64,000 nucleotides of DNA from Candidatus Roizmanbacteria bacterium CG_4_9_14_0_2_um_filter_38_17 (GTDB taxonomy: Bacteria; Patescibacteriota; Microgenomatia; GCA-00278855), in contig PFSB01000026.1 of the NCBI GenBank assembly GCA_002788855.1, forward strand, positions 6,142 through 70,141. Direction: 5' to 3'. Made by a program: the position numbers and the translations under genes. The notes under the pieces are model-generated. The model was not told where the DNA came from. It did no database searches and saw only the letters and a list, made by a program, of their open reading frames with translations. This document shows, piece by piece, positions 8,723-17,186 of this stretch (positions are counted from its first letter, which is position 1; every line of letters begins with the position of its first letter).

Positions 8723-9493
8723 ATGAGTAATAAACGTCTTTTGAAATTTCTACTTGCAATATCATTGCTATGTTTGATAGCAATTGTTGTTATCAACCTC
8801 TGCACGAGCTTGAGCCAATCACTAAAAGATGGGATAACCGCCGAAATAGTTGGAGGCGGAATTGTTGGAGGGATCGTTGCAGCTGTTTTCTTTTACCTTC
8901 AGGAATCTGACGAATATCAAGCAAGCAAAATGAAAGCAAACTCATTTTTTGAGCAAAAACTTCTGTTGGATATTCAAGAGGCTATGGATCGAGGTCCAAG
9001 TCTATGGAATCTCAGTGGTGCAAACAAGTTTTATTTTGACGGATCATTGGTCAACCCACTTTATGATATTTACCAGTCAAACTTTGATCAAATAAACAAC
9101 CATCATGCTTACTTTTCTAAGAATGAGTTGATAAATAAGTTTGATGAGTTTTATAAGACCACCCGAAAAGGATATGTACTTGGCGAGAAAATGGAGAATC
9201 TTGTCTATCAAAATGTCAGAAGCGACCACCACAAAAGAGGACTTATTTCAGCTAATGATCCCGCTACCAGCTCATACATCAGAGGGAAGCTCTTTGCTGA
9301 CATGTCAGATGAAGAACTATGCAAGTATCTTGAATGGCAAAGCGTCCCAGAAAGAGCCATAGAATTATATAAAACATTTGAAAAAAGCAAGGACGTCATA
9401 AATCTTATTTCAGAAATAAAGGAAATCAGGGAGACTTTGATTACCCAGATAGAAGAAATCAAAGAGTTGCGAAAGAATAGTTTTAAGGCATGA
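8723..9493 (+). CDS. Hypothetical two-TM membrane protein with C-terminal coiled coil (islet cargo gene)
   Basis: Two N-terminal hydrophobic helices (LLCLIAIVVINL, GGIVGGIVAAVFFYL), a soluble domain of about 190 aa, and a C-terminal heptad-like EIKEIRETLITQIEEIKELRK. No recognisable family. Confidence 0.5.
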   Translation: MSNKRLLKFLLAISLLCLIAIVVINLCTSLSQSLKDGITAEIVGGGIVGGIVAAVFFYLQESDEYQASKMKANSFFEQKLLLDIQEAMDRGPSLWNLSGANKFYFDGSLVNPLYDIYQSNFDQINNHHAYFSKNELINKFDEFYKTTRKGYVLGEKMENLVYQNVRSDHHKRGLISANDPATSSYIRGKLFADMSDEELCKYLEWQSVPERAIELYKTFEKSKDVINLISEIKEIRETLITQIEEIKELRKNSFKA

Positions 9494-9597
9494 CATTCCA
9501 AGTCTGAAATGTCTTGCTAACTCGCTCAAAATAGCTTGTGAAGTTGTTCCTGAGGTGTTCAGAGATTTCCCTAAGAGTACTTCGGGATCTTCGACAG

Positions 9598-9641
9598 TCC
9601 TCCACCGGTCACACACGTAAATGGTGGCTGACCCTATTTTC
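9598..9641 (+). repeat. Copy 3 of the GTAAATGGTGGCTGACCCTATTT motif, preceded by a partial duplicate of the tRNA-Val 3' end (CCACCGGTCAC)
   Basis: CCTCCACCGGTCAC resembles the tRNA-Val 3' end CCTTTACCGGTCAC. It is followed by a repeat copy identical to the one at 8678. Confidence 0.45.
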
Positions 9642-9696
9642 TCTATTTCCTTTTTCCCATTTGCGTTTGGATCCCCTTAAATGCTACAGTTGATAC

Positions 9697-9939
9697 ATGG
9701 TTGGGACAGTGGTGGGGTCAAATTTTAGTGTGAAGAAAACATTGGCAGCAAATTTTATTGCTGGTATTGGGTGGGGAGTGGGGGCAACTATCGGACTAGC
9801 TTTTTTCTTGAGTCTTGTTACCTGGATATTTGCACAGCTTGGAGGTATTCCAGTTATAGGTCGATGGTTTGTTGAAGGAATCAATGTAACAAATAATGCG
9901 AGAGAACTAAAAGATGCTAATTCCAGGCTTGACAGATAG
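9697..9939 (+). CDS. Small hypothetical membrane protein
   Basis: 80 aa with two predicted TM helices (FIAGIGWGVGATIGLAFFLSLVTWIF). Located upstream of thrS. Confidence 0.35.
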   Translation: MVGTVVGSNFSVKKTLAANFIAGIGWGVGATIGLAFFLSLVTWIFAQLGGIPVIGRWFVEGINVTNNARELKDANSRLDR

Positions 9940-9942
9940 CAG

Positions 9943-9948
9943 TATAAT
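9943..9948 (+). promoter_or_regulatory. Perfect -10 box TATAAT 6 nt upstream of the thrS ATG (candidate leaderless transcript)
   Basis: TATAAT-tttgtc-ATG. No room for a Shine-Dalgarno sequence. Confidence 0.35.
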
Positions 9949-9954
9949 TTTGTC

Positions 9955-11751
9955 ATGAATTCACAAAAAAAAGGTACATTATGGGCGATGCGGCATACTG
10001 GTGAACATCTTCTGCACCAGTCGGTAAAAGAGCTATTCCCAGAGATCAAGCTGGCGATGGGGCCGGCAACCCCAGAGGGCTTCTATTTTGATTTTGATCC
10101 TGGTAAGGTAAAAATTACCCCAGAAGACTTTCCAAAGATAGAGAGTAGAATGGAAGAGCTTAAGAAACTAGATCTGCCTATGATTAGAGAAGAAATTTCC
10201 GTAAAAGAGGCACGAGAACTGTTTAAGGGCAATCCATATAAACAAGAATGGATTGATGGAATTGAGGAAAGACAAGAAAAAGTGACCACCTACCGGACTG
10301 GGAAAGAAGGAGATAAAAATTCCATGGTGGATTTGTGCGCTGGTCCTCACGCAAAGACTACTGGAGAGGTTGGACCTTTTAAACTTCTATCAATAGCCGG
10401 AGCCTATTGGAGAGGTGATGAGAAAAACAAGATGTTAACCCGAATCTATGGCACGGCTTTTCCAACACAAAAAGAGCTGGATAAATATATCTGGCGAGAG
10501 GAGGAAGCTAAAAAAAGAGATCACAGAAAAATAGGTAGGGAAATGGAGCTTTTTACAATAAGAGATGAAGTTGGGCCTGGTTTAGCCATCTGGCTTCCTA
10601 AGGGAAATATCATACGGGAAGAGCTTGAGGCCTGGGCCAAAAAAACAGAAAAAGCATGGGGATATAAGAGTGTGGCAACTCCGCATATTACAAAAGCCAA
10701 CCTTTATTACACATCTGGTCATTTACCATATTATAAAGACGATATGTTTCCTCCGATGGTATTGGACGAAAGCAAAGAAGAGTACTACCTTAAGCCTATG
10801 AACTGTCCTCATCATCACATGGTGTATAGCGACAGACCAAAGAGCTATAGAGACTTACCGCTTCGAATAGCAGAGTTTGGCTATTGTTACCGCTATGAGG
10901 CTTCTGGTGAACTGTTTGGACTAATGAGAGTTAGAGGTTTTGAGCAAAATGATGCTCATATATATTGTACAAAAGACCAGGCTGTTGAGGAATTTGTAAA
11001 AGTAATGAAACTACATGAATATTATTATAAGGCTCTAGGGATAAAGGACTACTATTTGGAATTGGCGCTTCGCGACCCAGCTAATAAGACTAAGTATCAT
11101 GGTAATGAAGCGATGTGGAAAGAAGCAGAAAGCCTAATGCGAGAAGCTGTAGCTCAAGTAGATATTCCTATGGTAGAGGAAGATGGGAGTGCGGCCTTTT
11201 ATGGTCCAAAAATAGATTTTGTTGTTAAGTCATCTATTGGACGTGAATTTGCAACCTCAACAAACCAGATTGATCTATTTATGGGAGATAGGTTTAAATT
11301 AAAATATACTGATGATAAAGGCATTGAACAGACACCGGTTATTATTCATCGGGCTCCACTGGGCTCCCATGAGCGATTTATAGGCTTTTTAATTGAGCAT
11401 TTTGCTGGAGCTTTCCCTGTCTGGCTACATCCAGTCCAGGTCATGATCATACCAATTAGTGCTAAACAACTAGATTATGCTAAGGGTGTTGAAGAGAAAT
11501 TAATCTCGCTTATACCAGAACTAAGAGTGGAGCTAGATAACAGCGATGAAACCTTAGGCAACAAGATTAGAAAAGCGCAAACTCAAAAAGCACCCTACAT
11601 GCTCATTGTGGGAGACAAAGAGGTCGAAAATAACAGCGTAAGTCTAAGGCTCAGAGACGGAAAAGATGGGGGAGTAATAAAAGTAGAAGAATTTGCAGAT
11701 AAAGTGAGCAAGATCATATTAAATAAGGATCTTGAATTAGGATTTAATTAA
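9955..11751 (+). CDS. thrS: Threonyl-tRNA synthetase (N-terminally short form)
   Basis: Class II aaRS motifs, the ThrRS/AlaRS second additional domain (HTGEHLL), a catalytic core (CPHHHM region) and a C-terminal anticodon-binding domain. Confidence 0.95.
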   Translation: MNSQKKGTLWAMRHTGEHLLHQSVKELFPEIKLAMGPATPEGFYFDFDPGKVKITPEDFPKIESRMEELKKLDLPMIREEISVKEARELFKGNPYKQEWIDGIEERQEKVTTYRTGKEGDKNSMVDLCAGPHAKTTGEVGPFKLLSIAGAYWRGDEKNKMLTRIYGTAFPTQKELDKYIWREEEAKKRDHRKIGREMELFTIRDEVGPGLAIWLPKGNIIREELEAWAKKTEKAWGYKSVATPHITKANLYYTSGHLPYYKDDMFPPMVLDESKEEYYLKPMNCPHHHMVYSDRPKSYRDLPLRIAEFGYCYRYEASGELFGLMRVRGFEQNDAHIYCTKDQAVEEFVKVMKLHEYYYKALGIKDYYLELALRDPANKTKYHGNEAMWKEAESLMREAVAQVDIPMVEEDGSAAFYGPKIDFVVKSSIGREFATSTNQIDLFMGDRFKLKYTDDKGIEQTPVIIHRAPLGSHERFIGFLIEHFAGAFPVWLHPVQVMIIPISAKQLDYAKGVEEKLISLIPELRVELDNSDETLGNKIRKAQTQKAPYMLIVGDKEVENNSVSLRLRDGKDGGVIKVEEFADKVSKIILNKDLELGFN

Positions 11752-11809
11752 GTGTGTTGCAATTGGCCTCACATCTTACTATAATTACTAGATAGCTTTA
11801 AGCTTAAAT

Positions 11810-12343
11810 TTGAAATTGGCAAGAAATAGACAAAATTTTGTTGAGGGTAAGTATTACCAAACAAACGAAGAAATACGTGCACCACAGCTTAGGGTTGTAC
11901 ATCCTAGTGAAGGACAACTTGGTATTTTAAGTCTGGAAGATGCGTTGGCAAAAGCCAAAGAGCTAGAGCTTGATTTAGTTGAGGTTGCTCCAGGTGCTAA
12001 CCCACCTGTAGCAAAACTTATAGACTTTGCTAAGTTTAAGTACGAGGAGTCGAAAAAGAAGAAAAATAGTAAGGCTTCGACGCCAACTACTAAGCAATTG
12101 AGAATGCGTCCTTTTATGGAGCAGCATGATTTTGATGTAAAATTAAAAAAGATTAGTAAGTTTTTGAGTTCAGGAGATAGAGTAAGAATACAGGTTCGTT
12201 TTTTTGGTAGAGAGATAACCAAAAAACAGTTTGGGTTTAATTTAATTAGTAGGGTAATGGAAGAATTGGGAGATAAAGCTAAATTAAATAGTGAACCAAA
12301 GATTAAGGGTAAAGTATTAGAGGCATTAATTTTGCCAAAATAA
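11810..12343 (+). CDS. infC: Translation initiation factor IF-3
   Basis: IF3 N- and C-domains are present, with an atypical TTG start as is usual for infC. It sits upstream of rpmI-rplT. Confidence 0.9.
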   Translation: MKLARNRQNFVEGKYYQTNEEIRAPQLRVVHPSEGQLGILSLEDALAKAKELELDLVEVAPGANPPVAKLIDFAKFKYEESKKKKNSKASTPTTKQLRMRPFMEQHDFDVKLKKISKFLSSGDRVRIQVRFFGREITKKQFGFNLISRVMEELGDKAKLNSEPKIKGKVLEALILPK

Positions 12344-12344
12344 A

Positions 12345-12551
12345 ATGAAAAAACAGAAAACTAAACAAAAGACAAAAAAAGCAGCAGTAAAACGTTTTAA
12401 GTTAACCAAAACTGGTAAGTTGCTGCGCCGCAGACAAAATGCTGGTCATCTGAAGACCGGCAAATCAAAGAGCCAAAAAAGAAGAGCTAAAACCTCTACT
12501 ACTTTAATGGGTAGATTTAAAAGTAAGATTATAAGATTAATAACCGCCTAA
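12345..12551 (+). CDS. rpmI: 50S ribosomal protein L35
   Basis: Small, highly basic protein in the conserved infC-rpmI-rplT order. Confidence 0.9.
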   Translation: MKKQKTKQKTKKAAVKRFKLTKTGKLLRRRQNAGHLKTGKSKSQKRRAKTSTTLMGRFKSKIIRLITA

Positions 12552-12552
12552 T

Positions 12553-12909
12553 ATGGTAAGAATAAAAAGAGGAGTCGTATCCAAACGTAAACATAATAAG
12601 GTCTTAAAGGCTGTTAAAGGCTTTCGATTAAGTCGCTCAAAACTCATAAAACGTGCACGTGAGGCATTGGTTCGTAGTTTTGAACATGCTTTTCAGGGTC
12701 GCAAGGAAAGAAAAAGAGATTTTAGACAGCTCTGGATTACAAGAATTTCAGAAGCAGCAAAAAGAGAAGGAATAAGTTATAGTAAGCTTATAAACCTACT
12801 TAAACAGAACAAGATTGAGCTTGATCGTAAAGTACTAGCAGATTTAGTAGTTAACGATCCAGACACCTTTAAACAGATAGTAGCTAAGGTAGCTTTAGTA
12901 GGTTCCTAG
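12553..12909 (+). CDS. rplT: 50S ribosomal protein L20
   Basis: L20 signature basic N-terminus RIKRGVVSKRKHNKVLK. Confidence 0.9.
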   Translation: MVRIKRGVVSKRKHNKVLKAVKGFRLSRSKLIKRAREALVRSFEHAFQGRKERKRDFRQLWITRISEAAKREGISYSKLINLLKQNKIELDRKVLADLVVNDPDTFKQIVAKVALVGS

Positions 12910-12913
12910 TTAA

Positions 12914-13930
12914 ATGGATATACTTGAAATAAAGCAGCAAGCAGAACTAGAGCTTGCAAAGATAACCTCTGGTTCACAACTAGAATTATTTCGTGTTAAA
13001 TACCTTGGAAAACAAGGACTTGTTACTAATCTTCTAAGAAAAATTCCCAAACTAGATATTTTAGAGAGAGGCAAATTTGGAGTGGCGGTTAACGAGTTAA
13101 AACAAACTGTTGAAGATGCTGTCAGTAAACATATAAAAATACTAGCTACTATTAAATCTAGTCCAGTAGATTTAAGTGTCAAGACAGAGCAACCCAGGGG
13201 AACACTCCATCCAGTTACACAAGCAATTGAGCAGATTACAGATATTTTTTCCCGGATTGGATTCAACAGGGTGGCTTATCCAGAGGTCGACTGGGATTGG
13301 TATGCATTTGAGAGCCTTAATATGCCAAAAGGTCACCCAGCGCGAGATGAATGGGAGACATTTTTTGTAGACCATCCGCAGCACTCTAAACTGGGAAAAC
13401 TCGTGCTTACTCCCCATACCTCAAACGGTCAGGTAAGAGAAATGCAGAGGTTAAAAAAACCACCAATGAGGATGATTAATATTGCTCGCTGCTATCGTAG
13501 ACAACAAGACTTAACCCATACATTTATGTTTCACCAGTTTGAGGGATTGGTAATAGATACAGACATTAACTTGAGTCATCTTAAGGGGACTTTTGAGTAC
13601 TTTGCAAAAGAATTCTACGGACCAGATACCAAAATTCGTTTTAGGCCTTTCCATTTTCAGTTTACGGAGCCATCGATGGAGGTCGATTTTAGCTGCGTAC
13701 ATTGTAAGGGTAAAGGCTGTAAATTCTGTAAATCTGGTTGGCATGAAGTGGGAGGGTCTGGGATGATACATCCTAATGTTTTACGAGCTGGAGGAATAGA
13801 TCCAGACAAATATACTGGTTATGCATTTGGGTGGGGAGTTGAGCGGACCTTATCATTAAGACCAGATGTGCAGATTGACGATATTCGCAAATATTATAAC
13901 AATGATATTCGCTTTTTAAAGCAATTTTAA
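12914..13930 (+). CDS. pheS: Phenylalanyl-tRNA synthetase alpha subunit
   Basis: Class II core motifs (FRPFHFQFTEPSMEVD; GWGVERT). Confidence 0.9.
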   Translation: MDILEIKQQAELELAKITSGSQLELFRVKYLGKQGLVTNLLRKIPKLDILERGKFGVAVNELKQTVEDAVSKHIKILATIKSSPVDLSVKTEQPRGTLHPVTQAIEQITDIFSRIGFNRVAYPEVDWDWYAFESLNMPKGHPARDEWETFFVDHPQHSKLGKLVLTPHTSNGQVREMQRLKKPPMRMINIARCYRRQQDLTHTFMFHQFEGLVIDTDINLSHLKGTFEYFAKEFYGPDTKIRFRPFHFQFTEPSMEVDFSCVHCKGKGCKFCKSGWHEVGGSGMIHPNVLRAGGIDPDKYTGYAFGWGVERTLSLRPDVQIDDIRKYYNNDIRFLKQF

Positions 13931-13934
13931 CAAT

Positions 13935-15977
13935 ATGAATGTATTAATCTCAGATAGCTGGTTAAGGGAATATGTAGAAACTAAGGCAACAGCCAATCAG
14001 ATTGCTGATGCTTTATCCTTGCATGGCGCTAGTGTTGAAAGCATTACCAAGAAGGGTAATGACTACGTCTATGACATCGAGATAACTACCAACAGAATTG
14101 ACATGGTCTCCATAATTGGTATGGCAAGAGAAGTAGCTGCTTGCCTAAAGCGTGAGGGTTTTAAGGCAACATTTAGACCACTTAATATTAAAAAGCTAGA
14201 TAAAGTATCCAAAGAATTAGAGGTTGAAATACAAAATGATTCTAAATTATGTAAAAGAGTGCTAGCTGTAGCTTTAGATAATGTTTCCACACATGAGTCA
14301 CCTAAGTTTATTAAGGATAGATTGGAAGCGTCAGGTGTAAGATCTCTCAACTTACTTATAGATATTACTAATTACATCATGCTTGAAATAGGGCATCCAA
14401 CTCACGTCTTTGATCTAGACAGAATCAAGGAAGGCAAGATGATAATTCGTGAATCTAGAAAAGGCGAGCAGATTACATCGCTTGAGCATAAAACATATGG
14501 GCTGACTGGGGGAGATATAATTATTGAAAATGGAAAAGGAACAATCATTGATCTTCCAGGAATTATAGGCACTAGTAATAGCGTTGTTATAGATGACACC
14601 AAGAGAATTCTACTGTTCCTGGAGAATAATGACCAGTTTAAGATGCGCAAATCTTCCATGGAGCTAGATATACATACCATGGCATCGAGCATTAATGAGA
14701 AAGGGCCAGACCCTGAATTAGGGTATGTAGCGCTTTTGAGAGGAATTGAGCTATACATAAAATATGCTGGAGCAACACAGATAAGCAAAATTTATGATAA
14801 TTACCTGCAACCCGCTAAAGCCAAACAGCTAATGCTAAAACATAGCGATCTAGAAAGAATAGCTGGAATAGAACTAAAATGTCCGGAGGTAGTGGAGATA
14901 TTACAGGATCTAGGTTTTAAAACAGCTGAGAAAACAGGAGAATATAGTGTAATAGTTCCTACCTGGAGACTACAGGATGTAACCATAAAGGAGGACTTAA
15001 TTGAGGAAATTGTGCGGATGTATGGATATCACAACATTCCATCAATAATTCCGCCGCTTAGAGAACCATCTGACCAACCAGATCTAGATAGATTTTACTG
15101 GGAAAGAAAGATTAAGCAGGTACTTTCGCAAAACGGTATGCATGAAGTATATACATACTCCTTAGTACCAGAAACACTTGTTGTAGACTCTTCTCGTGCC
15201 TTAAAGATCATCAATCCATTAACAGAGGCCACAGCATTTCTACGCACCAGTCTTATTCCTTCTCTAATTAATGTTGTCAGAGACAATACAAAATACCAAG
15301 ACAAACTATCTGTGTTTGAGATTGCTAATACCTATATAACCAAAGATAAAGATATCCCCACACAAGAACCGCAACTAGGAATTGTATCCAACGCTCATAA
15401 CATTACTCAGCTTAAAGAGATGGTCGAGAAGCTGTTTCAGGAACTAGGAATTGAGTATGAGCTAGAGCAAAAGAGCAAAAAGGATCTAAAGGTAGTGTTT
15501 ACTGTGGGAGGAATAAAAGTTGGAACTGTATATGAGTTTGAAGAGCTTGTGGCAGCTGAGATCGAGCTAAGTTTGTTAAAAGGACACGAAAGGAGATATA
15601 AATCGTATGTGCCAATTTCTACATATCCAGTTTTGATAGAAGATATGACCTTCACCTTTCCAGAGAAAACATTGCTTGGTCCTGTGATAAAAGAGATATA
15701 TCAACAGAGTAAACTAGTAAGTACCGTAGAATTAGTTGGAACTTATGAACAAAATGCAACTTTTAAGATTAGTTATTTGGATAGAGAAAAATCATTAACT
15801 TCAGTTGATATTGAGCCAATCAGAAAAAAAATTGACATGGTATTGTCCTCAAACTACTCAGCCAAATTAGTTGCTAAATTAAACACACACTATAAACACA
15901 CACTAAGTGTGTGTTTAAGGTGTTCAAATAAGGTGCTTAATTTTACTCAATTCTCTCTGATGTTCTGCTCTGTCTAG
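13935..15977 (+). CDS. pheT: Phenylalanyl-tRNA synthetase beta subunit, with its 3' end running into an IS200-like element
   Basis: B3/B4, B5 and FDX-ACB-like regions are present. The last ~30 codons (NTHYKHTLSVCLRCSNKVLNFTQFSLMFCSV) are read from the IS terminal palindrome. Confidence 0.85.
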   Translation: MNVLISDSWLREYVETKATANQIADALSLHGASVESITKKGNDYVYDIEITTNRIDMVSIIGMAREVAACLKREGFKATFRPLNIKKLDKVSKELEVEIQNDSKLCKRVLAVALDNVSTHESPKFIKDRLEASGVRSLNLLIDITNYIMLEIGHPTHVFDLDRIKEGKMIIRESRKGEQITSLEHKTYGLTGGDIIIENGKGTIIDLPGIIGTSNSVVIDDTKRILLFLENNDQFKMRKSSMELDIHTMASSINEKGPDPELGYVALLRGIELYIKYAGATQISKIYDNYLQPAKAKQLMLKHSDLERIAGIELKCPEVVEILQDLGFKTAEKTGEYSVIVPTWRLQDVTIKEDLIEEIVRMYGYHNIPSIIPPLREPSDQPDLDRFYWERKIKQVLSQNGMHEVYTYSLVPETLVVDSSRALKIINPLTEATAFLRTSLIPSLINVVRDNTKYQDKLSVFEIANTYITKDKDIPTQEPQLGIVSNAHNITQLKEMVEKLFQELGIEYELEQKSKKDLKVVFTVGGIKVGTVYEFEELVAAEIELSLLKGHERRYKSYVPISTYPVLIEDMTFTFPEKTLLGPVIKEIYQQSKLVSTVELVGTYEQNATFKISYLDREKSLTSVDIEPIRKKIDMVLSSNYSAKLVAKLNTHYKHTLSVCLRCSNKVLNFTQFSLMFCSV

Positions 15978-16666
15978 TGTGAAATCTATCAATTCGCTCT
16001 GGGTACTAAAGTTTGACAGTAATCGCTCTTTTGTGATAAATCTGCGTTTAGATAAATTAATATAGTCGCTGAACGAGCACCAGGGGTAATTACGTAGTTC
16101 ATTTGGTTTTTTAACTAAATAAGAAGTTAGTGGGTTGATATGAATATACCTTGCTACGTGAATAAATTGCTCGTTAGTTTCTATAATAGTTCCTTTAAAT
16201 GGATTTTGATAAAGTGAACCAGTTCTTTTGCTTTTTATATTAAGGTATTTTGCGTGGCTATTTTGCAGATGCCTAATGAAACTACTTATGCCATTGTTGA
16301 TATTTTGCCTTACTAATAAATGATAATGATTAGGCATAAGGCAAAATGCATACATGCTAATTCTAGTTCTATTTGAGTCATATAGTGAATCAAGCTCTTT
16401 TGTTCTAGATTTATCGGTTAGTCGTAAATAATTGGATAATCTATGTGGAGCGTTATCAAACATATAATACTCCATCGTATCTATGAATAGATTATGTTCG
16501 TGATTATTCCTAAAGATGATCTGATTTGCTACACTTCGATTGTAGACATGGTAATACTGCCCTGTAATTAGTGGAGTCTTTCGAAAAGTCATCTATAGAC
16601 ATAATAAACAGTTTCTTTGCTGTAATGCAATACGCAGCATACTAAACACACACTAAGTGTGTGTTT
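15894..16666 (-). mobile_element. IS200/IS605-family-like element: a Y1 HUH transposase gene flanked by identical palindromes AAACACACACTAAGTGTGTGTTT
   Basis: The 23-nt palindrome sits at 15894-15916 and 16644-16666, with an extra partial copy at 15881. It encloses the TnpA gene. Confidence 0.6.
15924..16592 (-). CDS. tnpA: IS200/IS605-type (REP-associated-like) Y1 tyrosine transposase TnpA
   Basis: HUH motif MPNHYHLLV and a catalytic-Tyr region ARYIHINP. Size is about 220 aa. Confidence 0.8.
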   Translation of the reverse strand: MTFRKTPLITGQYYHVYNRSVANQIIFRNNHEHNLFIDTMEYYMFDNAPHRLSNYLRLTDKSRTKELDSLYDSNRTRISMYAFCLMPNHYHLLVRQNINNGISSFIRHLQNSHAKYLNIKSKRTGSLYQNPFKGTIIETNEQFIHVARYIHINPLTSYLVKKPNELRNYPWCSFSDYINLSKRRFITKERLLSNFSTQSELIDFTLDRAEHQRELSKIKHLI

Positions 16667-16719
16667 AGTATGTTTATTATTATTTGCTAGGAGACGAGAT
16701 ATTTGTTATAAATTGTTGT

Positions 16720-17163
16720 ATGAAATACAAAGGTTTTACGCTTATTGAGCTCCTGGTTGTGATCTCAATTATTGGATTATTGGCCGCAGCAGGTCTTGCA
16801 ACCTATACCAGCACAATGAATAGAGCAAGATATGCAAAAGCGAAATCTGAGCTTGATGAGCTAAGAAAAGCGATGATAATGTATAGGCTGGATGTTGGAG
16901 AGCTACCTCCGCCTGGTGATAATTGTTCCGCTTGCTCTAATCCACCAAATTCAACCTGGACACTGGCAATTACTTCTTTAATTAATGCTGGTTATCTCTC
17001 AGAGAGAATAGATCGGGATCCATGGGAAAATTACTATGGATACGATGATAATGACTGTAATAGTAATCCAGGTGTAAGTTATATATTTACGGCTGGCGCA
17101 GATAAAGTAAGCTGGACGGCTGATGATTATCGGATAGATGTTACCAATGGATGTGCATATTAA
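16720..17163 (+). CDS. Type IV pilin / GspG-like pseudopilin
   Basis: Class III prepilin leader MKYKG|[18 protein letters not shown] with Glu5. It carries a GspG-like DPWENYYGY motif. The ORF as computed starts upstream at 16684. Confidence 0.75.
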   Translation: MKYKGFTLIELLVVISIIGLLAAAGLATYTSTMNRARYAKAKSELDELRKAMIMYRLDVGELPPPGDNCSACSNPPNSTWTLAITSLINAGYLSERIDRDPWENYYGYDDNDCNSNPGVSYIFTAGADKVSWTADDYRIDVTNGCAY

Positions 17164-17186
17164 TCACACCTTTATGATGTGATGTG

